Source of the DNA: a virus
Taxonomy: Duplodnaviria > Heunggongvirae > Uroviricota > Caudoviricetes
IMG/VR virus record: IMGVR_UViG_3300008108_000023
Coordinates: 1-64,000 of that record
Reading direction: 5' to 3' (one strand)
Length of the DNA: 64,000 bases
Part shown: positions 9,137-17,860 of the stretch, in pieces
Numbering within the stretch: position 1 is the stretch's first letter
Layout: every line of letters begins with the position of its first letter
The notes under the pieces: generated by a model
Seen by the model: the letters and a program-made list of their open reading frames with translations, nothing else
What the model was told of the DNA's origin: nothing
Databases searched by the model: none
Program-made: the position numbers and the translations under genes

Positions 9137-9174
9137 ACGTAAAGTATAAATATTTATCTTTATAAATCAAAATT

Positions 9175-9591
9175 ATGATACAAATATCTCAAATCATTCT
9201 TCAAAACCCTGAAGGTAAATACTTGGTGTATTTAAGAGACAACAACCCAGATATCCCCTTTCCAAATCATTGGGACCTTATAGGTGGTCACGTTGAAAAA
9301 AGAGAAACACCATTAGAAGCGTTGAAAAGAGAAATGATAGAAGAAATTGAAACTGACTCGAGCAGTTTAGTTAGATTTTCTTTTTGGAAGAAGTATGTCT
9401 GTATTGAGGGTGATGTGTCCCCAAATATTAAATATATATTTCACGGTGTGATTGACAAACCTATTGAAGAAATTCCACTAAATGAGGGTCAGTATCTTAG
9501 ATTTGTAACTCAAAGTGAGTTATCTGAATTAAATTTTGCAAACATTATGGGTAAGATAATGCAAGATTTCGTGAGAGAAAGATTTGGTTAG
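9175..9591 (+). CDS. Nudix hydrolase
   Basis: Nudix box GGHVEKRETPLEALKREMIEEIE (Gx5Ex7REuxEExGu). Confidence 0.7.
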   Translation: MIQISQIILQNPEGKYLVYLRDNNPDIPFPNHWDLIGGHVEKRETPLEALKREMIEEIETDSSSLVRFSFWKKYVCIEGDVSPNIKYIFHGVIDKPIEEIPLNEGQYLRFVTQSELSELNFANIMGKIMQDFVRERFG

Positions 9592-10127
9592 TATTTTAAA
9601 ACTGTAAAATGAGACTCAAAGTTTTTTCTTGGAATCAAATACATATGTGACCTTTTCTCTTCAGGAATCAATACGTTAGTTCCAGCATAAACCTCGTCAC
9701 CACCTATCTTTACTTTGAAATTATTTTCTGAAATTAATTTTCTTAATTTATTAGTTTTAATCACCCAAATCTCTTTGATGTTCATAAAAACTATTACCCA
9801 CAAATCTGATTTGGTTACCATTATTCCACTGTCCTTACCGTGCATCCTAAATTCAATACATAGGTTACCAGTATCTATACCGGGAAAATAGGCACCGTTT
9901 GGTAATGTTCTACCGGGTTGTACCCATTTGTCTTCTGTCTTGACTTCTGCAACCACATGGGTTTTAGTTGGGAAATTGAATATTAAATCGAACTCTTTTA
10001 AATTACCATTTTCTTTTTCACTCTTCCCAACACAAATAGCATTGTATTCTCTTTCAAATACATCAATGACTACTTGTTCATTAGTTTGACCGATTTTTAT
10101 ATCTTCATGAAAATTCAGATTCCCCAT
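9588..10127 (-). CDS. hypothetical protein, possible PD-(D/E)xK nuclease fold
   Basis: FDLIF...VVAEVKTE resembles a D...ExK motif; weak. Confidence 0.45.
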   Translation of the reverse strand: MGNLNFHEDIKIGQTNEQVVIDVFEREYNAICVGKSEKENGNLKEFDLIFNFPTKTHVVAEVKTEDKWVQPGRTLPNGAYFPGIDTGNLCIEFRMHGKDSGIMVTKSDLWVIVFMNIKEIWVIKTNKLRKLISENNFKVKIGGDEVYAGTNVLIPEEKRSHMYLIPRKNFESHFTVLKY

Positions 10128-10195
10128 CTTCGCTGGTTAAATACATTTTCTCATAGTGTTCCCACCATAAAATCTCTTCTTGTTCAGAAGTAAGT

Positions 10196-10423
10196 TTATT
10201 TTCCACAGGGACAATGTCCTGCGTGTGTGATTCCTGAACCATGACTTCTATCGATTATGAGATAAGTATGTCCCTTATGTTCCCATTCAAAAACTCTGTA
10301 TTCGGATTGATTACTAAGTTTAATAGTTTGGGGGTTATTCCTATCGTTTACAACTTGTTTTGTGTTTGGTTCAGAACATGATGTGACGAGTAAAACAAAT
10401 AAAATAATACTACTTAATCTCAT
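10196..10423 (-). CDS. small secreted lipoprotein
   Basis: Signal peptide with lipobox LVTSC (MRLSSIILFVLLVTSCSE). Confidence 0.45.
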   Translation of the reverse strand: MRLSSIILFVLLVTSCSEPNTKQVVNDRNNPQTIKLSNQSEYRVFEWEHKGHTYLIIDRSHGSGITHAGHCPCGK

Positions 10424-11282
10424 CTAATTGAATTTCAATTTCTTGTTGTCCTTCTTTTACAACTTGACTACCGTCAGCCATTCTATAATACTTAAACAAA
10501 ACGTATTTATCGCCTTCGGTTGTTTTAAAATGTGTATGTTTGGTGTAAGGGTTTAGTTGAAAATCATGGTATAAATTTTTCCAAATTACTCCATCTCCTT
10601 TTACAGGTTTTACACTTCTTTCAATTGAATTAAAAGTTAGATGTCCACCCTCAGTAATGTTATTCAATGATATTTGGACACTCCACAATCTATTACCCAT
10701 GTTTGTAAACAATTTGTCCTCCGATATTTGATTAGGTAGTAGAAAATCGTATTTTTCCTCATAATTGAATTCGGGTGTTATTTTTTGAATAAAAACATCT
10801 TCACCAAATGAATCTCGAATACCAATAACAGAATTGATTCTCTCATTTACTGTTTTATAAATCTCAGACTTTTTATCTAACTTATGAATCATGGGTGATT
10901 GCAAGTCCTTAGATTTTTTCTGTGAGTTTAATTTTTTGTCTGTAATCGATATCAAATCATCACATTCAATTAATGTTAATAATTCAGGGTAATGATAAAT
11001 TTCAACTAAATTATTTTCAACTCTATAAGCTCTTGGGTTATCACATAGAGATTTATTGAACGGATAAAGTTCAACTTCGTAAGGTTGATTAAGGTTTTCC
11101 TGTGAATATTGTCTTTGCCAAATTAACGCGTTAGTTGGTTCAATTTCAAGTTCTCTTTTAATTAAATTGTAATCAAATCCATTATTAAGTAAAACATTAA
11201 AAATGGACTCTCTATCATATCCATTCACAATATTAGACCAAATCCATAGTTTCCATTCAGGAGTAAAAATTCTATTAATCAT
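10410..11282 (-). CDS. possible 2OG-Fe(II) oxygenase (prolyl 4-hydroxylase-like)
   Basis: C-terminal TEGGHLTFN...VKPVKGDGVIWKNL...HTHFKTTEGDKYVL resembles the P4Hc core; the HxD triad is not clearly seen. Confidence 0.45.
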   Translation of the reverse strand: MINRIFTPEWKLWIWSNIVNGYDRESIFNVLLNNGFDYNLIKRELEIEPTNALIWQRQYSQENLNQPYEVELYPFNKSLCDNPRAYRVENNLVEIYHYPELLTLIECDDLISITDKKLNSQKKSKDLQSPMIHKLDKKSEIYKTVNERINSVIGIRDSFGEDVFIQKITPEFNYEEKYDFLLPNQISEDKLFTNMGNRLWSVQISLNNITEGGHLTFNSIERSVKPVKGDGVIWKNLYHDFQLNPYTKHTHFKTTEGDKYVLFKYYRMADGSQVVKEGQQEIEIQLDEIK

Positions 11283-11285
11283 ATT

Positions 11286-11540
11286 TTATTTTTTTATTTT
11301 TCTTTCGATTACATACACAGTATCACCTTTTTCATATGACCTGTACGATGTTATTTTCATTTCGGGGTTTTTTAGATACAATTTCCAATATGGAGTTGTT
11401 TGTAAAGTATTGTCACAACCAATTCCATGATATTCAACAGAATCAACAATACATGGGATTTTAGTGTCAGTATATTGTGTCTTGTACTTGCAAGACATTA
11501 ATATTAGACCCAAAAAAATTACAAATGTTAGATTTTTCAT
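11286..11540 (-). CDS. small secreted lipoprotein
   Basis: MKNLTFVIFLGLILMSCKY: signal peptide plus lipobox. Confidence 0.5.
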   Translation of the reverse strand: MKNLTFVIFLGLILMSCKYKTQYTDTKIPCIVDSVEYHGIGCDNTLQTTPYWKLYLKNPEMKITSYRSYEKGDTVYVIERKIKK

Positions 11541-11576
11541 ATTCTAAATATAAATGATTTTTTTGATAAAACAAAA

Positions 11577-11831
11577 TTAATCTTCACAGAAACAATTGTT
11601 TCTTGAAAGAGCGATTAACTTGATGTGTTTTAAACATTCATTGTCGGCCCTAACTACCGCACCACACAAATCGTTATTCACAACAGATTGAACGAAACTA
11701 CCCCCAATGGGTCCAACCCCATCTCTTGTTCTCATTACCGATACAATGATGTTGATGATGTGTTCACTAACATCATCTTGTCCATACCTCTTTACGAAGT
11801 CTTTTGCTGCACTATATAATTTTTCTTCCAT
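11577..11831 (-). CDS. hypothetical protein
   Basis: 84-aa ORF. Confidence 0.45.
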   Translation of the reverse strand: MEEKLYSAAKDFVKRYGQDDVSEHIINIIVSVMRTRDGVGPIGGSFVQSVVNNDLCGAVVRADNECLKHIKLIALSRNNCFCED

Positions 11832-11834
11832 ATT

Positions 11835-12059
11835 TTAAACATTCCATGATGCCAACATTTGTCCTATATCATCATTCCTGTCCCTACCGTCGGCTTTAAA
11901 ATTATCATCATCCAGTGTAATATTTTTTGTGATTGTAATAATTCCTTTTTTTATCGCATCACATGGTTTTCTGTTACATGGACAAATTCTATATTCGAAT
12001 GAGGTGTTAATACCACATCTCACACATTCATAATAATCTTTTGTGGTTGTTGTTATCAT
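11835..12059 (-). CDS. small zinc-ribbon protein
   Basis: CVRCG...CPCNRKPC Cys pairs. Confidence 0.45.
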   Translation of the reverse strand: MITTTTKDYYECVRCGINTSFEYRICPCNRKPCDAIKKGIITITKNITLDDDNFKADGRDRNDDIGQMLASWNV

Positions 12060-12067
12060 TATTAGAA

Positions 12068-12553
12068 TTAGTTGTCAAACCAAAAGACAACTCTAAAACC
12101 ATTCTCTTTAATCGTATACCTCTTTTGGTCATCATTTGTTATCCAAAATTCTTCTTTAAACCTATTGTCCATAGAGTCAACAAAATATTTTAAGTTCTCA
12201 ACGATTTCTTCATTATCTGAATTATTGTACAGATAATCTTTGAGTTCTTTTAAGGTGTAGTAAGAAGCTGTATGGACCATATCACCTCTTTCATATTCCT
12301 TTCTTGTTGTCTCAGTCACATCCTCAGGTAAACCCCTTGGGTCCGCAATCGGGTCCATTGAACCTCTGACCTCCGCAAGAATTGAGAATAAATCATAATT
12401 TCTTCCCCAATAAAAAGCAACGTGGTCGTACTCCCTTTCGGAATCGTTCATTCCAAAATGTGGATTTATTTGCCAATGGTCAACATTGACCCATTTATTT
12501 TCACCATTTACTGAAGTGTATTTTTCCAAATACACATGAATATCACATCCCAT
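12068..12553 (-). CDS. hypothetical protein
   Basis: 161-aa ORF. Confidence 0.5.
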   Translation of the reverse strand: MGCDIHVYLEKYTSVNGENKWVNVDHWQINPHFGMNDSEREYDHVAFYWGRNYDLFSILAEVRGSMDPIADPRGLPEDVTETTRKEYERGDMVHTASYYTLKELKDYLYNNSDNEEIVENLKYFVDSMDNRFKEEFWITNDDQKRYTIKENGFRVVFWFDN

Positions 12554-12589
12554 GATTCAAATATAATTAATAATTTTTAAAATGTCAAT

Positions 12590-14503
12590 TTAGTACTGAG
12601 ATATCTTACCCAATTTAGTAACCTTGTTTCCCCTAAATTCTGAGTGTTCCTTTATTATGCCGTAAAAAGACACCTTTGAATTAATTGAAACGCTCTTATG
12701 TAAATTAGTTGTTAGGTATTCAGTATTAATTTCACCAAATTTAGAAAATATGTTACCATTTTTGTCAACCAAATCATAGACAGTTGTTGGCCCATAAAGA
12801 CCATTCACGGTTCTAATATCGGTAACAGTTAGTTCAAAATAAATTTTCATACCAGGACTACCGACAAATTTACTCACCTTTAATTTGGATTCGTCAATGT
12901 CCCTTGATTTGTGGTTAACAAATGCATCAAAGTCGGTTACAAATCCTAAAGTGGTTTTGGCTCTTGTGTAAGCAACGTATTCTAAATTTTTTTCTTGTTC
13001 AATTTGCCATGGTAAGGTTGCAAATTTCGATGGAAATAATTCTGGGTGGATAATAAAAACCCTTTCTGATTCAAGACCTTTAGATTTATGTACGTTACTC
13101 AAGCATATTCCACTTTTTTTATCATCTGAAAAGATATCATCGATTTTCTTTACAACAATTGCGGGGTCATCTATCCCGTGGGATAACGCTTCTATTACTT
13201 GTATCTTTTCACCAAATAGAATTACTTGGTTATCCTCTAACGCTTCACTTCTTTTCATTGTGTGATTTGTCATTGTTTTTTCAATCAACTTTTCTTTGTC
13301 CTTAAGAAGACAACATATTACGTTTGTCATGTTATATTCTTCATTCTTCTTGTTGCAAGAAAGTATCATGGTTTTCAAAGACTTACCAATATCAGAACCA
13401 ATTATATAAGATTTTTTACCTTCACTTAATAATTTGATACACAATGAGACAACCGGAAATGTATTTCTACACAAAACCATGTCCCCATCCATAATATCTT
13501 TATAGGAGAAGTTTTCAATTACTCTACCTGACCTATTTTTAGAATGAGCAATGATTGCTGGATTTATGTGTCGAACCAAATTTAAAATCTCAGGCGAGAC
13601 TCTATATGTAAAAGACAATGGTAATTCAACCGTGTTTGGTAGTTCTTTCAATTTTTGATATGACTCATGGTCAGCACCTGCAAAACCATATATCGCTTGT
13701 TTAGGGTCACCTACAGCAATGAATCTACCACCATCAGGTTTCATTGCTTTTTGCATCAATAAACGGTGACAAGAATTCAAATCTTGACATTCGTCTATAA
13801 AAACAAAATCGTAATTATCTCCCGAATGGTTCAAAATGATTGGTAAAGAAATCATGTCGGTATAATCGAGAACCTTTAGATAAGACATACCCAATTTAGA
13901 CAGATACCATGCGGCAGTGGATTCACCATCTTGATTGTTCACAGAATGAAACTCTGCAATTTTATTTATCTCACCAACACCAATTGGTTTGATATCAAAA
14001 TTTACTAAATGTTGTCTCGATAAATTACACAGAGTTACAACATCGGTAACAAATTTATACCTGTCAATATTCTCACCTTGAACAGAATCATGGATGCCTT
14101 GAATGTACTTGTTTTGTTCTTCGTTGAATCCGTATTTGTCTAAACTATCGGGTTTTTCACCACTGTAAAAATTAATGATGTCCCAAAAAAGATTTCGATA
14201 CTTTAAACTTTTTTCGTCAACACCACAATCATAGTTATTCCTCATGATTGTGTAACCGAAACCATGGACCGTTTTGACATCAATGTTCTTATTTTCGGGA
14301 ATCCTTCTTTTTAATTCATCTCGTATACTAACATTGAATGCCAAAAACAATACTGATTTATCATCAGGTATTAAGTCCAAAGCTTTTAATAGTGTCGTCG
14401 TTTTACCACTACCAGCAACAGCAGAAACTACTGCGTTTCGAGTATCTTTTAAAATAAAATTGAAAATATCTTTTTGATATTTGCTGGGTGTAAATTTAGA
14501 CAT
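12590..14503 (-). CDS. UvrD/Rep/PcrA-like superfamily I DNA helicase
   Basis: Walker A VVSAVAGSGKTTTL near the N-terminus, a 637-aa size, DECQD-like Walker B (FIDECQDL), and a C-terminal UvrD_C-like region. Confidence 0.8.
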   Translation of the reverse strand: MSKFTPSKYQKDIFNFILKDTRNAVVSAVAGSGKTTTLLKALDLIPDDKSVLFLAFNVSIRDELKRRIPENKNIDVKTVHGFGYTIMRNNYDCGVDEKSLKYRNLFWDIINFYSGEKPDSLDKYGFNEEQNKYIQGIHDSVQGENIDRYKFVTDVVTLCNLSRQHLVNFDIKPIGVGEINKIAEFHSVNNQDGESTAAWYLSKLGMSYLKVLDYTDMISLPIILNHSGDNYDFVFIDECQDLNSCHRLLMQKAMKPDGGRFIAVGDPKQAIYGFAGADHESYQKLKELPNTVELPLSFTYRVSPEILNLVRHINPAIIAHSKNRSGRVIENFSYKDIMDGDMVLCRNTFPVVSLCIKLLSEGKKSYIIGSDIGKSLKTMILSCNKKNEEYNMTNVICCLLKDKEKLIEKTMTNHTMKRSEALEDNQVILFGEKIQVIEALSHGIDDPAIVVKKIDDIFSDDKKSGICLSNVHKSKGLESERVFIIHPELFPSKFATLPWQIEQEKNLEYVAYTRAKTTLGFVTDFDAFVNHKSRDIDESKLKVSKFVGSPGMKIYFELTVTDIRTVNGLYGPTTVYDLVDKNGNIFSKFGEINTEYLTTNLHKSVSINSKVSFYGIIKEHSEFRGNKVTKLGKISQY

Positions 14504-14504
14504 A

Positions 14505-14723
14505 TTACTTTTCGATAAACATGTTTGTATTTGAAATTGGTACTCTTAAAACAGGAATATTTTTTTCATCTCCATCCAATTTCTTCATGACTTCATAGTA
14601 ACCACTGTCACTTATTCTAACAGTTGGTGCATCTGTAATCATTTCTAATAATTTTGAAGATTCTTTTGGACCTTCGTAAAGCTTAACTTCTTTTGTTGTT
14701 GTGTTAAAAATTAATGTTTGCAT
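14505..14723 (-). CDS. hypothetical protein
   Basis: 72-aa ORF abutting the helicase gene. Confidence 0.45.
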   Translation of the reverse strand: MQTLIFNTTTKEVKLYEGPKESSKLLEMITDAPTVRISDSGYYEVMKKLDGDEKNIPVLRVPISNTNMFIEK

Positions 14724-14729
14724 TTTTAT

Positions 14730-15839
14730 TTATTTTATGTTTAGTAAATATTTTTTAAATAATTCGTGCTCAACTGACACGCAGATTCTAGAATATGATG
14801 ACCATAAGTCCTTATCGTGATAAACAAACTTATCAAGACCAACAGCACCGATTCTATGTTGAAATAAGTAATCTTCCGATTTATTTATAACCGCGAAGAT
14901 ACCTAATGGTTGACCACCTTGGTAAATTTCTTCAACCAGTAGGTTTTTCTCTTTTAGGTAATTTACATTCTTAAAGATATTATTAGTTGTTATATTTTTA
15001 AATTGTTCTAATGAACTTCTTCCTTCGGGTGTGGTTAAAACTTTCTCAATAATCATTTGAGATGGGGAACATACGGCATTGAATTCATAAAGTAAACGAA
15101 TGTTTAATTCTGAATTAAAATCCTTGTCCTTACAAAAAATGAAACCCATTCTTAAACCCGATAAACCTACCCATTTTGAAAAAGATTCGGTGATAATAAC
15201 ATTATCAAGATGGGCAACTTTATCAAAGAAATCATCTTCATAAAATAACTTACGGTATGGTGAATCAAATATTATAATCGCACCTGTCATCGATATCTCA
15301 TAAATCTTTCTGAAAAGAATGTTGTCATCTATTTTTACACCTGTAGGATTATTTGGGTCACAAATAAAAATACAAGATGATTCACTAAAATTGGATGCTT
15401 CTAAAGATTCTAATGATTCATAAAATGAAAAAGACTTTTGTCTAATTGTTGCCATTTTAGAATAAGAACCCCAATAAAATTTTGGGAAATAAATATTTTC
15501 TACATTTAATAATTGGATAACCAAATCTAACGCAGGCATACCACCTGGTGTGATTGCAATATTATTGATGAAATTAGGTGAATTTGCAAATGAAGGAAAA
15601 TATTCTGAAACGATAGAATGTCTAAATGTTTCAATACCCAAGTTAGGTGCATATACTTGAAACTCTTTTGAGTTAAAATCAATTTGTTTCATAACTCCCG
15701 TCAAATCGATTTCCGTAACAGCGTTTACACCTCTATTTAATTCGAGATATGAATTACCTGATTCTTTTGCCGCCCTTTTAACTTTCTGACCAATCCCTAC
15801 TATCGAAGAGAAGGTTGCATTCGATATATTTACTTTCAT
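14730..15839 (-). CDS. PLP-dependent aminotransferase (class I/II)
   Basis: CDPNNPTGV (NPxNPTG-like) and SFSKWVGLSGLRMGF (PLP-lysine SFSKxxGxxGxRxG) motifs. Confidence 0.7.
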   Translation of the reverse strand: MKVNISNATFSSIVGIGQKVKRAAKESGNSYLELNRGVNAVTEIDLTGVMKQIDFNSKEFQVYAPNLGIETFRHSIVSEYFPSFANSPNFINNIAITPGGMPALDLVIQLLNVENIYFPKFYWGSYSKMATIRQKSFSFYESLESLEASNFSESSCIFICDPNNPTGVKIDDNILFRKIYEISMTGAIIIFDSPYRKLFYEDDFFDKVAHLDNVIITESFSKWVGLSGLRMGFIFCKDKDFNSELNIRLLYEFNAVCSPSQMIIEKVLTTPEGRSSLEQFKNITTNNIFKNVNYLKEKNLLVEEIYQGGQPLGIFAVINKSEDYLFQHRIGAVGLDKFVYHDKDLWSSYSRICVSVEHELFKKYLLNIK

Positions 15840-15911
15840 TATATTCTAAGTTAGTCTGTACTTACCACTAACAAAATATAATAAAAAGAAATCGTATTTC
15901 CAAAAATTAAT

Positions 15912-15937
15912 AAAAAAAAATCCCCTTTCGGGGATTA
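15912..15937 (-). terminator. rho-independent terminator (AATCCCC-TTTC-GGGGATT hairpin + U-run)
   Basis: Perfect 7-bp G/C-rich stem immediately after the stop of 15940..16296, followed by an A9 run on the + strand (U-run on the minus transcript). Confidence 0.7.
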
Positions 15938-15939
15938 AA

Positions 15940-16296
15940 TTAATATGGATTTTCAAATGTCAACGAGTCTAAGGACTCATCTATTTTGGAATTATACCAC
16001 CCATTTATCCAACATTTTGTGGTATCACCAATTTTGGCGGGTTTATTGGTTAGTATTGTGACACCATTTTCAAATGTTATATGATATTGATTTTGGAATA
16101 TTTCTTCACAGGATACTACCGGTACAGGATACCACTCTTTTTCGCTCCTTGGTATAACTTCCTCACTTATTTCTTCCTCAACTATATTTTCATCTGTAAT
16201 ATAGTTATGTATCTTTTCTTTATTAAAATGAAGAATACCAGTGAAAATTATGACCGTTATAAACGCCAAAAGAATCCTGACTTGTTTTATATCCAT
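15940..16296 (-). CDS. membrane-anchored protein (N-terminal TM)
   Basis: 118-aa ORF; start overlaps the stop of the glucosaminidase gene (ATGA); N-terminal hydrophobic helix. Confidence 0.5.
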   Translation of the reverse strand: MDIKQVRILLAFITVIIFTGILHFNKEKIHNYITDENIVEEEISEEVIPRSEKEWYPVPVVSCEEIFQNQYHITFENGVTILTNKPAKIGDTTKCWINGWYNSKIDESLDSLTFENPY

Positions 16297-16298
16297 GA

Positions 16299-16865
16299 TT
16301 AAAATTTTTCTTTTAATTTTTCAGTTTGAATTATGTCTTTCAATAATTTAACATACCCTTCACCCGCTTCGGCGTAGGTATTTGATAAATACAAATAGTA
16401 TTCATTTTCAGTATTAATCTGACCAAGGTATCGGCATTGGTAAAACGCATAATCATAAACAGATTGGTACCAGTTATCATAAAACGCGTGACCGTTTTGA
16501 GTTCCTTTGGCGGTGTTGATTCTAACTGTCGCCTGTTTCATACCAAACAGATTATTATTTTCCTTGAAAACTTGACTTTTGTAATGTCCCGTCTCAGCAA
16601 TGGCTTGAGCCATAACAATATGTGGAAATTTAACGTTTAATCTTTTTAGTTCTGATACAAACTTATCCTCTGAAAATTTATTTTTTTCTTTTTCTAATGA
16701 AATTACGATTAATTCTTTTTCGTAACTGTCCAAACTTTTAAACCGTATAAAACGACCTAAAATAAATGAAGAGATTACCAAAACAATTACAACCGACAAC
16801 GCGATTTTTACTTTTTTCCAATCCTTTTTCCAAAGGAGTAGAGAGTTATCATATTTGTAAAACAT
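16299..16865 (-). CDS. mannosyl-glycoprotein endo-beta-N-acetylglucosaminidase-family peptidoglycan hydrolase with N-terminal TM anchor
   Basis: MAQAIAETGHYKS...NNLFGMK matches the glucosaminidase (FlgJ/LytD-like) domain core; N-terminal TM segment. Confidence 0.7.
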   Translation of the reverse strand: MFYKYDNSLLLWKKDWKKVKIALSVVIVLVISSFILGRFIRFKSLDSYEKELIVISLEKEKNKFSEDKFVSELKRLNVKFPHIVMAQAIAETGHYKSQVFKENNNLFGMKQATVRINTAKGTQNGHAFYDNWYQSVYDYAFYQCRYLGQINTENEYYLYLSNTYAEAGEGYVKLLKDIIQTEKLKEKF

Positions 16866-16906
16866 AATTTTAGTGTTTGAGTGTTAGACAATTATTGTTC
16901 CAAAAT

Positions 16907-17287
16907 TTAACTTTTCGTAAAATGGTCCACGACCATTCTTGCACTTGAGTAGTTTGTAGCTAATGCCACTTCGTGCACATCACAAACCCTCATTAACATT
17001 TGTACATCAGGTTCGTGCGGGTGTTTATCCAATGGGTCCCTAAAAAATATAACCGCATCGATTTCTTTTCTCGAGACCATTGCAGCAATTTCCGCGTCTC
17101 CACCCATTGGTCCTGAATTGACTTGTTCAACCTTTGTAACACCAGCAAACATTATTCTTTTACCTGTCGTACCCGTTGCAACAATATCAACATCGGTTCG
17201 ATTAAAAAAATCTAATCGTTTCATTACAAAGGCAACCATGTCCGCCTTCTTACCGTCGTGTGCTATGAGTGCTATTTTCATAATCAA
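16907..17287 (-). CDS. mgsA: methylglyoxal synthase
   Basis: IALIAHDGKK, ATGTTG, GPMGGD, DAVIFFRDPL and HEPDV motifs align along the whole 126-aa length with bacterial MgsA. Confidence 0.85.
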   Translation of the reverse strand: MIMKIALIAHDGKKADMVAFVMKRLDFFNRTDVDIVATGTTGKRIMFAGVTKVEQVNSGPMGGDAEIAAMVSRKEIDAVIFFRDPLDKHPHEPDVQMLMRVCDVHEVALATNYSSARMVVDHFTKS

Positions 17288-17751
17288 AAAATAAACAACC
17301 TACCCCCAATCATAAACTGAGGTTTATCGGTTTGATAAAAACTTAAAGTTAAGTACAAGGGATATGATAATTTCAAATTTGCAGCGGTCTTCAATATAAT
17401 TTGATTACCACCATCAACAGATAAACCCGCCCCACCTGTTAAAATTAACCATTTATAATCTTTATTTGTGTAAACGTAATTTAAAACAACATAAATTTCT
17501 TCAGGTCTACCATTGATTGTTAAAGTATTGGGGTTAAATAAATTTAATTCGGCCATCAATTTACCATAACCAATTCCAATAAAGGCATTTGTTTTTTCTT
17601 TGGAGAATTCGTAACCCGCGGAATAATATGATGAATTACCTCTAGGACCATAAGATAATCCATAATTGAATATTCTTTGGGGTACTCTTAACCCTTGTGC
17701 CCATGTGTTGTTCATCAACAGCATACAAAATATCATTAAGAATTTTTTCAT
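17284..17751 (-). CDS. small outer-membrane beta-barrel-like protein
   Basis: Signal peptide (MKKFLMIFCMLLMNNTWAQ), alternating amphipathic strands, aromatic-rich sequence, C-terminal ...RLFIF ending in Phe. Confidence 0.5.
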   Translation of the reverse strand: MKKFLMIFCMLLMNNTWAQGLRVPQRIFNYGLSYGPRGNSSYYSAGYEFSKEKTNAFIGIGYGKLMAELNLFNPNTLTINGRPEEIYVVLNYVYTNKDYKWLILTGGAGLSVDGGNQIILKTAANLKLSYPLYLTLSFYQTDKPQFMIGGRLFIF

Positions 17752-17809
17752 TTTTTATGATTTACATACAAATATATTACTAGTATTTGAGATATCCAAA
17801 TTTTTTTTC

Positions 17810-17835
17810 AAAAAAAAGAGGGACCGAAATCCCTC
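17810..17835 (-). terminator. rho-independent terminator (GAGGGA-CCGAAA-TCCCTC + U-run)
   Basis: Hairpin just downstream of the stop of 17861..18901, with an A8 run on + (U-run for the minus transcript). Confidence 0.6.
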
Positions 17836-17860
17836 CTTACAAATTTAGATTTGATTGTAA

